From positions 1 to 49,414 of the forward strand of contig JBIIUP010000001.1 of assembly GCA_044339885.1 (NCBI GenBank): DNA of 49,414 nt. The letters run 5' to 3'. This document shows, piece after piece, positions 26,793 to 38,369 of this stretch; within the stretch, counting starts at the first letter, position 1, and each line of letters starts with the position of its first letter. Source of the DNA: Pirellulales bacterium (GTDB lineage Bacteria; Planctomycetota; Planctomycetia; Pirellulales; UBA1268). A program made the position numbers and the translations under genes. The notes beneath the pieces are model-generated. The model was not told the origin of the DNA. It did not search any database and saw nothing but the letters and a program-made list of their open reading frames with translations.

Positions 26793-28157
26793 ATGGACGC
26801 CTCCGACGCCGGAACGACGCCCGCCGACACCGACCTGATCGCCGCGGCCCGCGACCGCTCGGTCGCGGCGGAGAAGGTGAGGTCGTTTCCGCAGACGCCC
26901 GGCGTCTACCTCATGAAGGACTCGGCCGGCCGCGTCATCTACGTCGGCAAGGCCAAGAACCTCCGGTCCCGGGCCGGGAGCTACTTCCTCAAGGCGGCGG
27001 CCGAGGACCGGCGCACGGCCGACCTGGTCCGCGAGATCCGCGACATCGACTACCTCGAGGCGGAGAGCGAGGTCGACGCGCTGCTCCTCGAAAGCCGCCT
27101 CGTGAAGGACGTGCAGCCGCGGTTCAACTCCGATCTCAAGGACGACAAGACCTTTCCCTACCTGCAGATCACGACCCACGAGGACTATCCCCGGGTCGAG
27201 TTCACGCGGACGCCGCGGCGGAAGGGCGTCAAGCTCTACGGCCCGTTCACGAGCGCCGGAAGCCTCCGCGGCGCCATCGTCGTCCTCCAGCGGATCTTCA
27301 AGTTCCGCACCTGCACCCTCGACATCGACGCCGACGACGAGCAGTGGCGGTGGTTCCGCCCCTGCCTGCTGGCCTCGATCGACCAGTGCACGGCCCCGTG
27401 CAACCTGCGGATTTCGAAGGAGGACTACCGGCGCGACATCAACCGGCTCAAGACCTTCCTCGACGGGGGCAAGCGGCGGCTGCTGGAGGAGATGCGGAAG
27501 GAGATGCTGGAGGCCTCGGCGGCGCTGGCCTTCGAGAAGGCGGCGCGGCTGCGGGACGAGATCCGGCTGCTCGAGACGCTCGGCGACCGAGGGGACCTGG
27601 AGGAGCACGTCCAGCCCGAGGTCTTCCTCGTCGACCCGAAGAAGGGGCTCGCCGGCCTCGAGAAGGTGCTCGGGCTCGCCGCGCCCCCGCGGGTGATCGA
27701 GGGGGTCGACATCGCCCACCTCCACGGCAACGAGACGGTCGCCAGCCTCGTGCAGTTCATCGACGGCCTGCCCTTCAAGCCCGGCTACAAGCGGTACCGC
27801 ATCCGCTCCGTCGACGGGATCGACGACTTCAAGAGCATCCACGAGGTGGTCTCCCGCCGGTTCTCGCGACTCGTCCGCGAGGGGGCGTCGCTGCCCGACG
27901 TGTTCCTCGTCGACGGCGGCAAGGGGCAGCTCGCGGCCGCCCTCGACGCCGTCGAGTCGCTCGGCATCGAGCCCCCCTGCATCGTCTCGCTGGCGAAGCG
28001 GGAGGAGGAGCTGTTCCTCCCCGGCCGCAGCGAGCCGCTGCGGCTGTCCCGCGACTCCTATTCGCTCCGCCTCCTGGAATACGTCCGCGACGAGGCCCAC
28101 CGCTTCGCCCAGCACTACCACCACCTGCTCAGGGGAAAGCGGACGTTCGACGAGTGA
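26793..28157 (+). CDS. uvrC: excinuclease ABC subunit C, short form lacking the C-terminal (HhH)2 domain
   Basis: GIY-YIG (PGVYLMKDSAGRVIYVGKAKNLRSRAGSYF), UVR motif (EEMRKEMLEASAALAFEKAARLRDEIRLLETL), and RNase-H-like endonuclease domain (IEGVDIAHLHGNETVASLV ... FLVDGGKGQL ... YVRDEAHRFA). The ORF ends about 15 aa after the EAHRFA motif. Confidence 0.9.
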   Translation: MDASDAGTTPADTDLIAAARDRSVAAEKVRSFPQTPGVYLMKDSAGRVIYVGKAKNLRSRAGSYFLKAAAEDRRTADLVREIRDIDYLEAESEVDALLLESRLVKDVQPRFNSDLKDDKTFPYLQITTHEDYPRVEFTRTPRRKGVKLYGPFTSAGSLRGAIVVLQRIFKFRTCTLDIDADDEQWRWFRPCLLASIDQCTAPCNLRISKEDYRRDINRLKTFLDGGKRRLLEEMRKEMLEASAALAFEKAARLRDEIRLLETLGDRGDLEEHVQPEVFLVDPKKGLAGLEKVLGLAAPPRVIEGVDIAHLHGNETVASLVQFIDGLPFKPGYKRYRIRSVDGIDDFKSIHEVVSRRFSRLVREGASLPDVFLVDGGKGQLAAALDAVESLGIEPPCIVSLAKREEELFLPGRSEPLRLSRDSYSLRLLEYVRDEAHRFAQHYHHLLRGKRTFDE

Positions 28158-28280
28158 CGCCGTCCATGCGGCTCCCACGCAAGTCTCACGCATCCTTCTT
28201 TCCCAAGCATTGATTTCGAGAGGGGCAACCCCTCGCTCGTCGACACGGCGACGTACGGGCAACCCGAGCCCGGGGCCCCG

Positions 28281-30515
28281 TCAGCGGTTGGTCATGTCGC
28301 AGGAGACGCCGCCGGCCGCCGGCACGTAGCAGGCCCGCGCGTAGTCCATCACCATGCGATGCGCGCTGAACCGCCAGGCCAGCGAGCTGATCGAGTTCAT
28401 CATCATGCGGATCCACCGCCGGGGCAGCCCGTCGGCGTCGCGTTCGTAGAACAGCGGCACGACCTCCCGCTCCAGCACCTTGAAGAGCGCCTCGCCGTCG
28501 CGGCGGTCGGTGATCTCGTCGTCGTGGTGCGTCTCGCCCCGGCCGATGGCGAAGCCGTTGCAGCCGTCGAAGGCCTCGGCCCACCAGCCGTCGAGGATCG
28601 AGCAGTTGAGGCCGCCGTTGAGCACCACCTTCTGGCCGCTCGTGCCCGAGGCCTCCAGCGGCCGGCGGGGGTTGTTGAGCCAGACGTCGACGCCCTGCAC
28701 GAGGTGGCGGCAGACGTTGATGTCGTAGTCCTCGATGAAGACCACGCGGCCCGCGAACCGCGGGTCGTTCCGCAGGTTCGCGATCTTGCGGATCAGGGCC
28801 TTGCCCGGCTCGTCGGCCGGGTGCGCCTTGCCGGCGAAGATGATCTGGATCGGCCGGTCGCGGTCGGCGATCAGGGCGTGCAGCCTTTCGAGATCGGCGA
28901 GCACGAGATCGGCCCGCTTGTAGGTGGCGAACCGCCGCGCGAACCCGATGGTGAGAATGTTCGGGTCGAGGACCGTCCGTGCCAGCTCGACGGCCTCGTC
29001 GCACTCGCCCCGCCGGCGGCACTGGCGGGCGAGCCGGCGCCGGACGAACTGGAGGAGCAGGTTCTTCAGCGCGTAGTGCGTCTCCCAGAGCTCCCCGGGA
29101 TCGCACTCGTGGATCTTCTGCCAGATGTCGGGCTCGCCCATGCGGCGAAACCAGTTGGCGGGGAAGATGCGGTCGTAGAGCTGGAGCATCTGCCAGGAGA
29201 GCCAGCTGGGAACGTGGACGCCGTTGGTGATGTGCCCGATCGGCACCTCCTCCTCGATCCGCCACGGCCAGAGATTGGCCCACATCCGCCGGCTCACGTG
29301 GCCGTGCAGCGCGCTGACGGCGTTGGCCCGGCGGGACATCTTGAGGCCGAGCACCGTCATGCAGAACGGCTCGGAGTGGTTGTGGGGCTCGACGCGGCCC
29401 AGCCCCATGAGCTGGTCGTGCGAGATGCCCAGGGAGTCGCGCATCGGCCCCAGGTGCTCCTCCATGAGGCCGCCGTCGAAGCGGTCGTGGCCGGCTGGCA
29501 CGGGCGTGTGCGTGGTGAACACCGTCTGCCGGGCGACCCGCCGAACGGCGTCGTCGAACGGGTAGCCGTCGCGGTCCATCCGGCCGCGCACGGCCTCGAG
29601 CGTCGCGAAGGCCGAGTGCCCCTCGTTGAGATGGTAGACGCCGGGCACGATGCCCATGGCGCGGATCGCCTTCACGCCGCCGACGCCGAGGATCAGCTCC
29701 TGCCGGATCCGCGTGCGGTTGTCGCCGCCGTAGAGCCGGCTGGTGAGCTCGCGGTCCTCGGTCGAGTTGCCCTCGACGTCGGAGTCGAGGAGGTAGAGGC
29801 TGACGCGGCCCACCGCCATCTTCCACACCTTCGCGTGGAGCGGGCCGTTGCGGGTGTCGATCGTCACCTGCACCGGCCCGCCGTCGAGGCCGAGGGCCGG
29901 CTCGATCGGCAGCGCTTCGACGCGGGACTGGAGATATTCCTCGTGCTGGTATCCGTCGATGTCGAGCTTCTGCCGGAAATACCCCTGGTCGTAGAACAGG
30001 CCCACGGCGATGAGGGGGACGCCCAGGCCGCTGGCGCTCTTGATGTGGTCGCCGGCGAGCACGCCCAGGCCGCCGGAATAGATCGGCACCGACTCGTGGA
30101 TGCCGAACTCGGCGGAGAAGTAGACGACCGGCTTCGAGCCGAGCACCCCGGCATGGACCGTGCTCCAGGTCGACTCGGACGTCATGTATTCCTTGAGCCG
30201 CCGGTGCGCCTGGTTGATCCGGCTGTAGAGGACGAGCTCGGCGGCCCGGGCCTCCAGCCGCTCCGGCGTGAACTCGGCCAGCAGCGCGATCGGGTTGTGG
30301 TCGAGCTGCCGCCAACGGATCGGGTCGAGCTCGCGGAACAGGTTGGTCACCTCGGGGTGCCAGCTCCACCACAGGTTCCGGGCCAGGGCGAGGCACTTGT
30401 CGTAGAGGTTCTGAGGGGACAGCTCGTCCAGCCGCAGCGGGGGCAGCCCCAGGGGGGCGGCGGCATTGGCCGCGGCACCGGCGGCGGGCACCGAGACGTC
30501 TTCGGCGTGGCTCAT
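28281..30515 (-). CDS. glgP: alpha-glucan phosphorylase (GlgP family, DUF3417-type N-terminus)
   Basis: LARNLWWSWHPEV..LF..LDP..W....HNP ... YFSAEFGIHESVPIYSGGLGVLAGDHIKSASGLGVPLIAVGLFYDQGYFRQ ... TSGQKVVLNGGLNCSILDGWWAE. ORF trimmed to ATG 30515. Confidence 0.9.
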   Translation of the reverse strand: MSHAEDVSVPAAGAAANAAAPLGLPPLRLDELSPQNLYDKCLALARNLWWSWHPEVTNLFRELDPIRWRQLDHNPIALLAEFTPERLEARAAELVLYSRINQAHRRLKEYMTSESTWSTVHAGVLGSKPVVYFSAEFGIHESVPIYSGGLGVLAGDHIKSASGLGVPLIAVGLFYDQGYFRQKLDIDGYQHEEYLQSRVEALPIEPALGLDGGPVQVTIDTRNGPLHAKVWKMAVGRVSLYLLDSDVEGNSTEDRELTSRLYGGDNRTRIRQELILGVGGVKAIRAMGIVPGVYHLNEGHSAFATLEAVRGRMDRDGYPFDDAVRRVARQTVFTTHTPVPAGHDRFDGGLMEEHLGPMRDSLGISHDQLMGLGRVEPHNHSEPFCMTVLGLKMSRRANAVSALHGHVSRRMWANLWPWRIEEEVPIGHITNGVHVPSWLSWQMLQLYDRIFPANWFRRMGEPDIWQKIHECDPGELWETHYALKNLLLQFVRRRLARQCRRRGECDEAVELARTVLDPNILTIGFARRFATYKRADLVLADLERLHALIADRDRPIQIIFAGKAHPADEPGKALIRKIANLRNDPRFAGRVVFIEDYDINVCRHLVQGVDVWLNNPRRPLEASGTSGQKVVLNGGLNCSILDGWWAEAFDGCNGFAIGRGETHHDDEITDRRDGEALFKVLEREVVPLFYERDADGLPRRWIRMMMNSISSLAWRFSAHRMVMDYARACYVPAAGGVSCDMTNR

Positions 30516-30715
30516 GGCAGGGTTTCCGGACGGGGGTGGGCTGGGAACGCCGGCACGCAGCGGGTCGGAGTATATCCCGCCCCCGGAATGGCCGCGAAAC
30601 CGCCCACCCGCGGCGCCCGGGCCCGGGACGCCTCCGGGCGTGCGGAAAATCTGGCCTTGCAGCCGCCGGGGTCGGCCGCGATCCTTCGCCGCCACTCGAC
30701 GCCCAGGCACCGTTC

Positions 30716-34085
<3,370 letters not shown>

Positions 34086-34104
34086 GCGGCGGCCCGGCGG
34101 GCAC

Positions 34105-34340
34105 CGTGGAGGGGCTGCCCATGCCAGGGAGCCGGCGTCGCTGACAAGCGGAGCCAGGATGGCGCAGCGCCGGCAGCATCGAGTGAACGGAGCCCAGGAT
34201 GGGCGCAGTGAACGTCCGGCGAGCGGGCATGGGCGGCCCCGACCCACGCCAGACGTCGATTCAGCACATGCCGTGCGGAACAGCATTGCCAGGATGGGCG
34301 CAGCGAACGTCCGGCGACAGGGCACGGGCAGCCCTTCCCT
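34105..34340. repeat. composite palindromic intergenic repeat, locus B (degenerate copy)
   Basis: GGGGCTGCCCATGCC (34110) pairs with GGCATGGGCGGCCCC (about 34226) and AGGGCACGGGCAGCCC (34319). Internal AGCCAGGATGG...GAGTGAACG and CCAGGATGGGCGCAG(T/C)GAACGTCCGG units match the sub-repeats of loci A and C. Confidence 0.65.
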
Positions 34341-34377
34341 GATGCGTTCGGCGGAGCAGGGCCGACCCGTCGCGCGG

Positions 34378-35232
34378 CTACGGATCGCCCGCCGCCAGCG
34401 GGACGCAGAAGATCGCCAGCGCGCAGCCCCAGAGCGGTTCGCCGGCGAGGATCCCGATGAGCGGCCAGGCGACGAGGCCCGCGCGGGCCAGCGGCTGCTG
34501 CGTGGCCGAGAACCACAGGCCGACCGCGAAGACCGCCTCGAAGGCCGTGATCCCGTGCGTCACGAGGTTGACGAGGTATTCCGAAGCCGCGTAGGCCCCG
34601 GTGAGGTCGAGGATCCGGGAATCGGGCCGCGCGGCGAGCCACCAGGCCGCGGTGCCGTCCCACCAGGCGTCCCCCTTGAGCTGCGAAAGGAGGCCCGCCG
34701 TCGCGATGGCCGAGGCGTGGAGCTGCATGAGTCCCGCGGCGATCCTCGGCCGCAGCGCCGGACCGGCCGCCCCGCCGCCGCCGATCGCCAGGCACCAGAG
34801 CAGGACGGCCAGGCAGTCGTCGGCGGGACCGGCGAGCATCGGCCCGCGGTGCATGAGCGACGCCCAGAGCCCGGCGGCGAGCACGGCGACCACGGTCGTC
34901 GCGACGCCCGTCAGGAGGAGCACGAACGCCGCCCCCGTCGCGGCGAACGCGCCCCAGACCGCCCAGTCGGTGACCGTCAGGTCGAAGAGCGACACGCCGA
35001 ACCGCGGCCGCGACGCCGCGGCGGCCTCCACGGGGATCATGCCCCGCGGACCGAACCAGACGAGAAGGTCGCCGGCGTAGCTCCAGAGGAGCGCCAGGCC
35101 GAGCAGGGCGGCGAGGATGCGAACGATGGCCAGCGGCCGCGGATCGGCGGGCGTGAACCAGAACCGCATCCAGGTGGCGGCGACCTCCGCCGCCGGGGAG
35201 CGGCTCGTTCGCTCGACGGAAGGCCTGCTCAT
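34378..35232 (-). CDS. HTTM-domain-like polytopic membrane protein
   Basis: N-terminus WMRFWFTPADPRPLAIVRILAALLGLALLWSY followed by multiple TM helices, resembling HTTM (vitamin-K carboxylase-related) domains. Recognised by eye only. Confidence 0.55.
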   Translation of the reverse strand: MSRPSVERTSRSPAAEVAATWMRFWFTPADPRPLAIVRILAALLGLALLWSYAGDLLVWFGPRGMIPVEAAAASRPRFGVSLFDLTVTDWAVWGAFAATGAAFVLLLTGVATTVVAVLAAGLWASLMHRGPMLAGPADDCLAVLLWCLAIGGGGAAGPALRPRIAAGLMQLHASAIATAGLLSQLKGDAWWDGTAAWWLAARPDSRILDLTGAYAASEYLVNLVTHGITAFEAVFAVGLWFSATQQPLARAGLVAWPLIGILAGEPLWGCALAIFCVPLAAGDP

Positions 35233-35885
35233 GGCGCCGCCTCGGGCCGCACGAGTGGCGCGACCGCGGTGGGATCCTCGGCGGCCAGGAGCTGGACCTC
35301 GCCGTCGACCCGCCGCACGCGGGCCTCGTAACCGCGTTCGAGGCCGGCCGGCGGCGGCCCGCCCCGCGCGGCGAGCGGCCGGCGCAGGATCCGCAGCGTC
35401 AGGTCATCCGTGCCGATCGCGGTGAAGCCGCCGGAGCCGACGGCGGCGGCGAGCATGCCGGAGGCGGCGCCGGTGTCGGCATCGGCCGCGATCGCCCGCG
35501 CCAGCCGCCGCCAGCGGGCCGCCCGCTCGCCCCGCAGGCCGTCCGGCCATCGGCGGGCGATCGCGTTCGGGCCGCCACCGGCGAGCTCGAGCAGATGGTC
35601 CGCGTCGTCGGGCATGCCCCACGTGAGCCGGTGATCGAAGCCGAGGTCGAGCCAGGCCGGCGCCAGCCAGGGGGAGAACAGTCGGCCCTTGATCGTGCGG
35701 AGGACCGCCGAGCTGCCGCTGCCGGTGTTGACGACGATCGTGAGCAAGAGCCCGACGAGGTACAGCGTCAGCAACACCGTCACCGCTGCGACGACGGCCT
35801 CCGACGGTCGGTTCGACTCAGGGGGTGGTGCGGGCATGGCGGCGGATGACGCGCGACGCGGACGGGAGGGCCGACGGATTGCCAC
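35229..35885 (-). CDS. hypothetical single-pass membrane protein, translationally coupled to the HTTM-like gene
   Basis: 218 aa with one TM helix (AVVAAVTVLLTLYLVGLLLTIVV). Its stop overlaps the downstream start (ATGA at 35229-35232). No family recognised. Confidence 0.5.
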   Translation of the reverse strand: MAIRRPSRPRRASSAAMPAPPPESNRPSEAVVAAVTVLLTLYLVGLLLTIVVNTGSGSSAVLRTIKGRLFSPWLAPAWLDLGFDHRLTWGMPDDADHLLELAGGGPNAIARRWPDGLRGERAARWRRLARAIAADADTGAASGMLAAAVGSGGFTAIGTDDLTLRILRRPLAARGGPPPAGLERGYEARVRRVDGEVQLLAAEDPTAVAPLVRPEAAP

Positions 35886-36009
35886 GTCGGCACGGAAGGC
35901 GAGTTACGAGTGTGCTTCGTCGTCCCGGGAATCGCCAGTGCCGGATTCCACGCTCCTGCCGTGAGACGCCGTCGGCACGCGTCCCGACGCCTCCGCACCC
36001 GCCGTCACG

Positions 36010-36038
36010 TTGACACGCCGCTGCGGGGGCGATAGTTT
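36010..36038 (+). promoter_or_regulatory. candidate sigma-70-type promoter for tRNA-Ala
   Basis: TTGACA (36010-36015), 17-nt spacer, TAGTTT (36033-36038), about 80 nt upstream of the tRNA. Pattern match only. Confidence 0.35.
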
Positions 36039-36120
36039 TCGGAGGTGTCGCGGGCTTTTTCCGCACCGCGACAGGCCCCGTCGGATCCCCGATCCCAGAC
36101 GGGTGGCGCAGGTTTCACTC

Positions 36121-36193
36121 GGGGGATTAGCTCAATTGGGAGAGCGTCTGGCTGGCAGCCAGAAGGTCAGGGGTTCGAATCCCCTATCCTCCA
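36121..36193 (+). tRNA. tRNA-Ala (anticodon GGC)
   Basis: Folded by hand. Acceptor GGGGGAT/ATCCTCC with the G3:U70 Ala identity pair, D stem GCTC/GAGC, anticodon stem TCTGG/CCAGA with loop CT-GGC-AG, 5-nt variable loop, T stem AGGGG/CCCCT with loop TTCGAAT, discriminator A73. CCA is not encoded. Confidence 0.95.
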
Positions 36194-36311
36194 TTCAAGT
36201 TCCCGACGCCCGCGGGGCCAGCGTGGCCCCTGCGGGCCGATCGGTGAGAGGTCGCCCGCCGGGCGACGCCCGGAGCCATATCGCGGGCCTCGACCGCGAA
36301 CGACAGCGGCC

Positions 36312-37277
36312 ATGGTGATCGACCCCGGCGTTGAGGTGGCGTGGGTCGACGGACGGTTCCTCCCGCGGGCCGATCTCGCCCTGCCCGTGGGCGACGCCGG
36401 ATTCGTGATGGGGGCCACCGTCACCGAGCAGCTGCGGACCTTTCACGGCCGCCCGTTCCTGCTGCCGGAGCATCTCGAGCGGCTGGCGGAGTCGCTCGCC
36501 GTCGTGGGCATCGAGCCGCCCCTCCCGCTCGCCGACTTCGGCTCGGCGGCGGAGGAGGTCGCGGCCCGCAACCACGCGGTGCTCGCCGGTGCCGCATCCG
36601 GCGGCGCGGGCCCCCCGCCGGACCTCGGCCTCGTCGTCTTCGTCACGCCGGGCGACCTGGCGGCACAGCACGGCGGCCGCGGCGGCAGGCCGCGGGCGAT
36701 GATCCACACGTTTCCGCTCGCCTTCACGATCTGGGCCGACGCCTACGAACACGGCGTTTCGCTGCGCAGCGTGACGGTGCGGCAGGTGCCCGAGGCGTGC
36801 TGGCCGATCCGCGCCAAGGTGCGGAGCCGGCTGCACTACTGGCTCGCCGACCGCGAGGCCCACGCGGCCGAACCCGGTGCCCGCGGCGTGCTCGCCCACG
36901 CCGACGGCCGGATCAGCGAGACCTCGACGGCCAACGTCGCGATCGTGTCGTCCGGTGTCATCCACGCCCCTCCCGCCTGCGACGCGCTCGTCGGCGTGAG
37001 CCTCGGTCACGCCCGGCGGCTCGCCGCGGCCCGGGGCCTCGGCTGGCGGGAGCGGTCGCTCACCGCCACCGATCTCGCCACCGCCGACGAGATCCTCCTC
37101 ACGAGCACGCCCAGCTGCATCCTGCCGGCCACGCGATTCGACGGCCAGCCCGTCGGCGCCGGCACGCCGGGACCGGTCTTCCGTGGTCTGCTCGACGCCT
37201 GGAACCTCGACGTCGATCTCGACATCGCCGCCCAGGCCCGGGCCTGGCGCGGCCGACCCGCCCGGTCCGCGTCCTGA
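36312..37277 (+). CDS. aminotransferase class IV (branched-chain/D-amino-acid aminotransferase or ADC lyase-like)
   Basis: VAWVDGRFLPRADLALPVGDAGFVMGATVTEQLRTFHGRPFLLPEHLERL ... ISETSTANVAIV ... GVSLGHARRLA ... ADEILLTSTPSCILPATRFDG are fold-type IV hallmarks. ORF 36045..37277 trimmed to ATG 36312 because its 5' part overlaps the tRNA. Confidence 0.85.
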   Translation: MVIDPGVEVAWVDGRFLPRADLALPVGDAGFVMGATVTEQLRTFHGRPFLLPEHLERLAESLAVVGIEPPLPLADFGSAAEEVAARNHAVLAGAASGGAGPPPDLGLVVFVTPGDLAAQHGGRGGRPRAMIHTFPLAFTIWADAYEHGVSLRSVTVRQVPEACWPIRAKVRSRLHYWLADREAHAAEPGARGVLAHADGRISETSTANVAIVSSGVIHAPPACDALVGVSLGHARRLAAARGLGWRERSLTATDLATADEILLTSTPSCILPATRFDGQPVGAGTPGPVFRGLLDAWNLDVDLDIAAQARAWRGRPARSAS

Positions 37278-37536
37278 AGCACCGACGTCGAGCCCCCGGG
37301 CGGCGCGGCCCGCGGCGGCCGGCATTGCCCGCGGCGGCCAAACCGTCATACTGTCCGTGTTCGGGGGGGGTGTTCATCGACCTGACATCTTCGAGCCTGC
37401 GCACCCGTTGGCCTCCCCGCCCGTAGCGTTCCTGGAAATTTAACCCTTTTCGGAGCCTCTTTGATCGACGGCGGGCCGAAGCCCGTCGCGCTCGCGCCGC
37501 CGTCTTCCCGACGGGGGCAACACTCGGAGGTGGATC

Positions 37537-38292
37537 ATGCACTTTCTCCTGGCCAACGCGGCGAACACCGCCGCCCTGTCGATGGACTTCACCAAGAATG
37601 CCGACATCCTGCAGTCGATCACGCTCTACCTGTTCTTCGCCGGCACCGTCGCCATGGGGGCCGGTGCCCTCTACTTCTTCCTGCTGCGCGACGACGTCGA
37701 CCCTGCCTACCGCAGCGCGATGGTGGTGGCGGGGCTCGTCTGCGCGATCGCCTGCTTCCACTACTACAAGATGACGGCCGTCTACCAGGCGGGCGGACAG
37801 TTCCCCACCGCGCTGCGGTACATCGACTGGCTGTTCACGACGCCGCTGCTGCTCGTGAAGTTCCCCCTGCTGCTGCGGATGGGCGAACGCGGGGCGAAGT
37901 TCTTCTGGCAGCTCGTCATCCTGGACGTCGCGATGATCGTCACGGCCTTCATCGCCGAGACCTCGGTGGTCGACTCGCAGCGGTGGTGGGGCTTCTTCCT
38001 GGTCTCGTGCCTCTTCGAGGCGTTGATCGTCGGGACGCTCTACCTGCAGCTCGGCCAGTCGATCTCGGAAGCACCCGCCCCGCTGGCCAGGGCCCTGGAG
38101 ACGATGCGTCTGTTCGTCCTCGTCGGCTGGGCGATCTACCCGATCGGCTTCCTCATGGCCCGGTCGGGATACGGCGAGCTCCGCGAGATCGTCTACAACG
38201 TCGCCGACGTGATCAACAAGGTGGGTTTCGGCCTCGTCGCCTACCACGGCATCAAGGCCCTGGGCTCCGATTACGGCCGACGCGGCCACTGA
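37537..38292 (+). CDS. microbial (type 1) rhodopsin, proteorhodopsin/xanthorhodopsin-like, D97-T101-K108 motif
   Basis: 251 aa with seven hydrophobic helices. Helix B FHYY (His75). Helix C RYIDWLFTTPLLLVKF. Helix F VGWAIYPIGF. Helix G ADVINKVGFGL, with the Schiff-base Lys at 228 (codon 38218-38220) and Asp224. GGAGG lies 6 nt upstream of the ATG. Confidence 0.93.
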   Translation: MHFLLANAANTAALSMDFTKNADILQSITLYLFFAGTVAMGAGALYFFLLRDDVDPAYRSAMVVAGLVCAIACFHYYKMTAVYQAGGQFPTALRYIDWLFTTPLLLVKFPLLLRMGERGAKFFWQLVILDVAMIVTAFIAETSVVDSQRWWGFFLVSCLFEALIVGTLYLQLGQSISEAPAPLARALETMRLFVLVGWAIYPIGFLMARSGYGELREIVYNVADVINKVGFGLVAYHGIKALGSDYGRRGH

Positions 38293-38313
38293 GCAGCGCA
38301 TGAGCGGCGCATC

Positions 38314-38348
38314 GGCCGGCCCGCCCGCCTGACCGCGGCGGGCCGGCC
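38314..38348 (+). promoter_or_regulatory. intercistronic GC stem-loop between rhodopsin and blh (possible attenuator or mRNA-stability element)
   Basis: GGCCGGCCCGCC (38314-38325) and GGCGGGCCGGCC (38337-38348) form a perfect 12-bp stem with an 11-nt loop. There is no downstream T-run. The GGAGG for blh follows at 38357. Confidence 0.5.
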
Positions 38349-38369
38349 TGCCCGCCGGAGGTGGCCCGC

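Noticed and set aside
24681-28262. 1193-aa ORF on the minus strand
   Set aside because: It is antisense to the GT39 and uvrC genes. Its composition is Arg/Gly/Pro-rich with no motifs. Shadow ORF.
36045-36311. 5' extension of the aminotransferase ORF (track start 36045)
   Set aside because: The extension runs straight through the tRNA-Ala gene (36121-36193). The family-typical sequence begins at ATG 36312.
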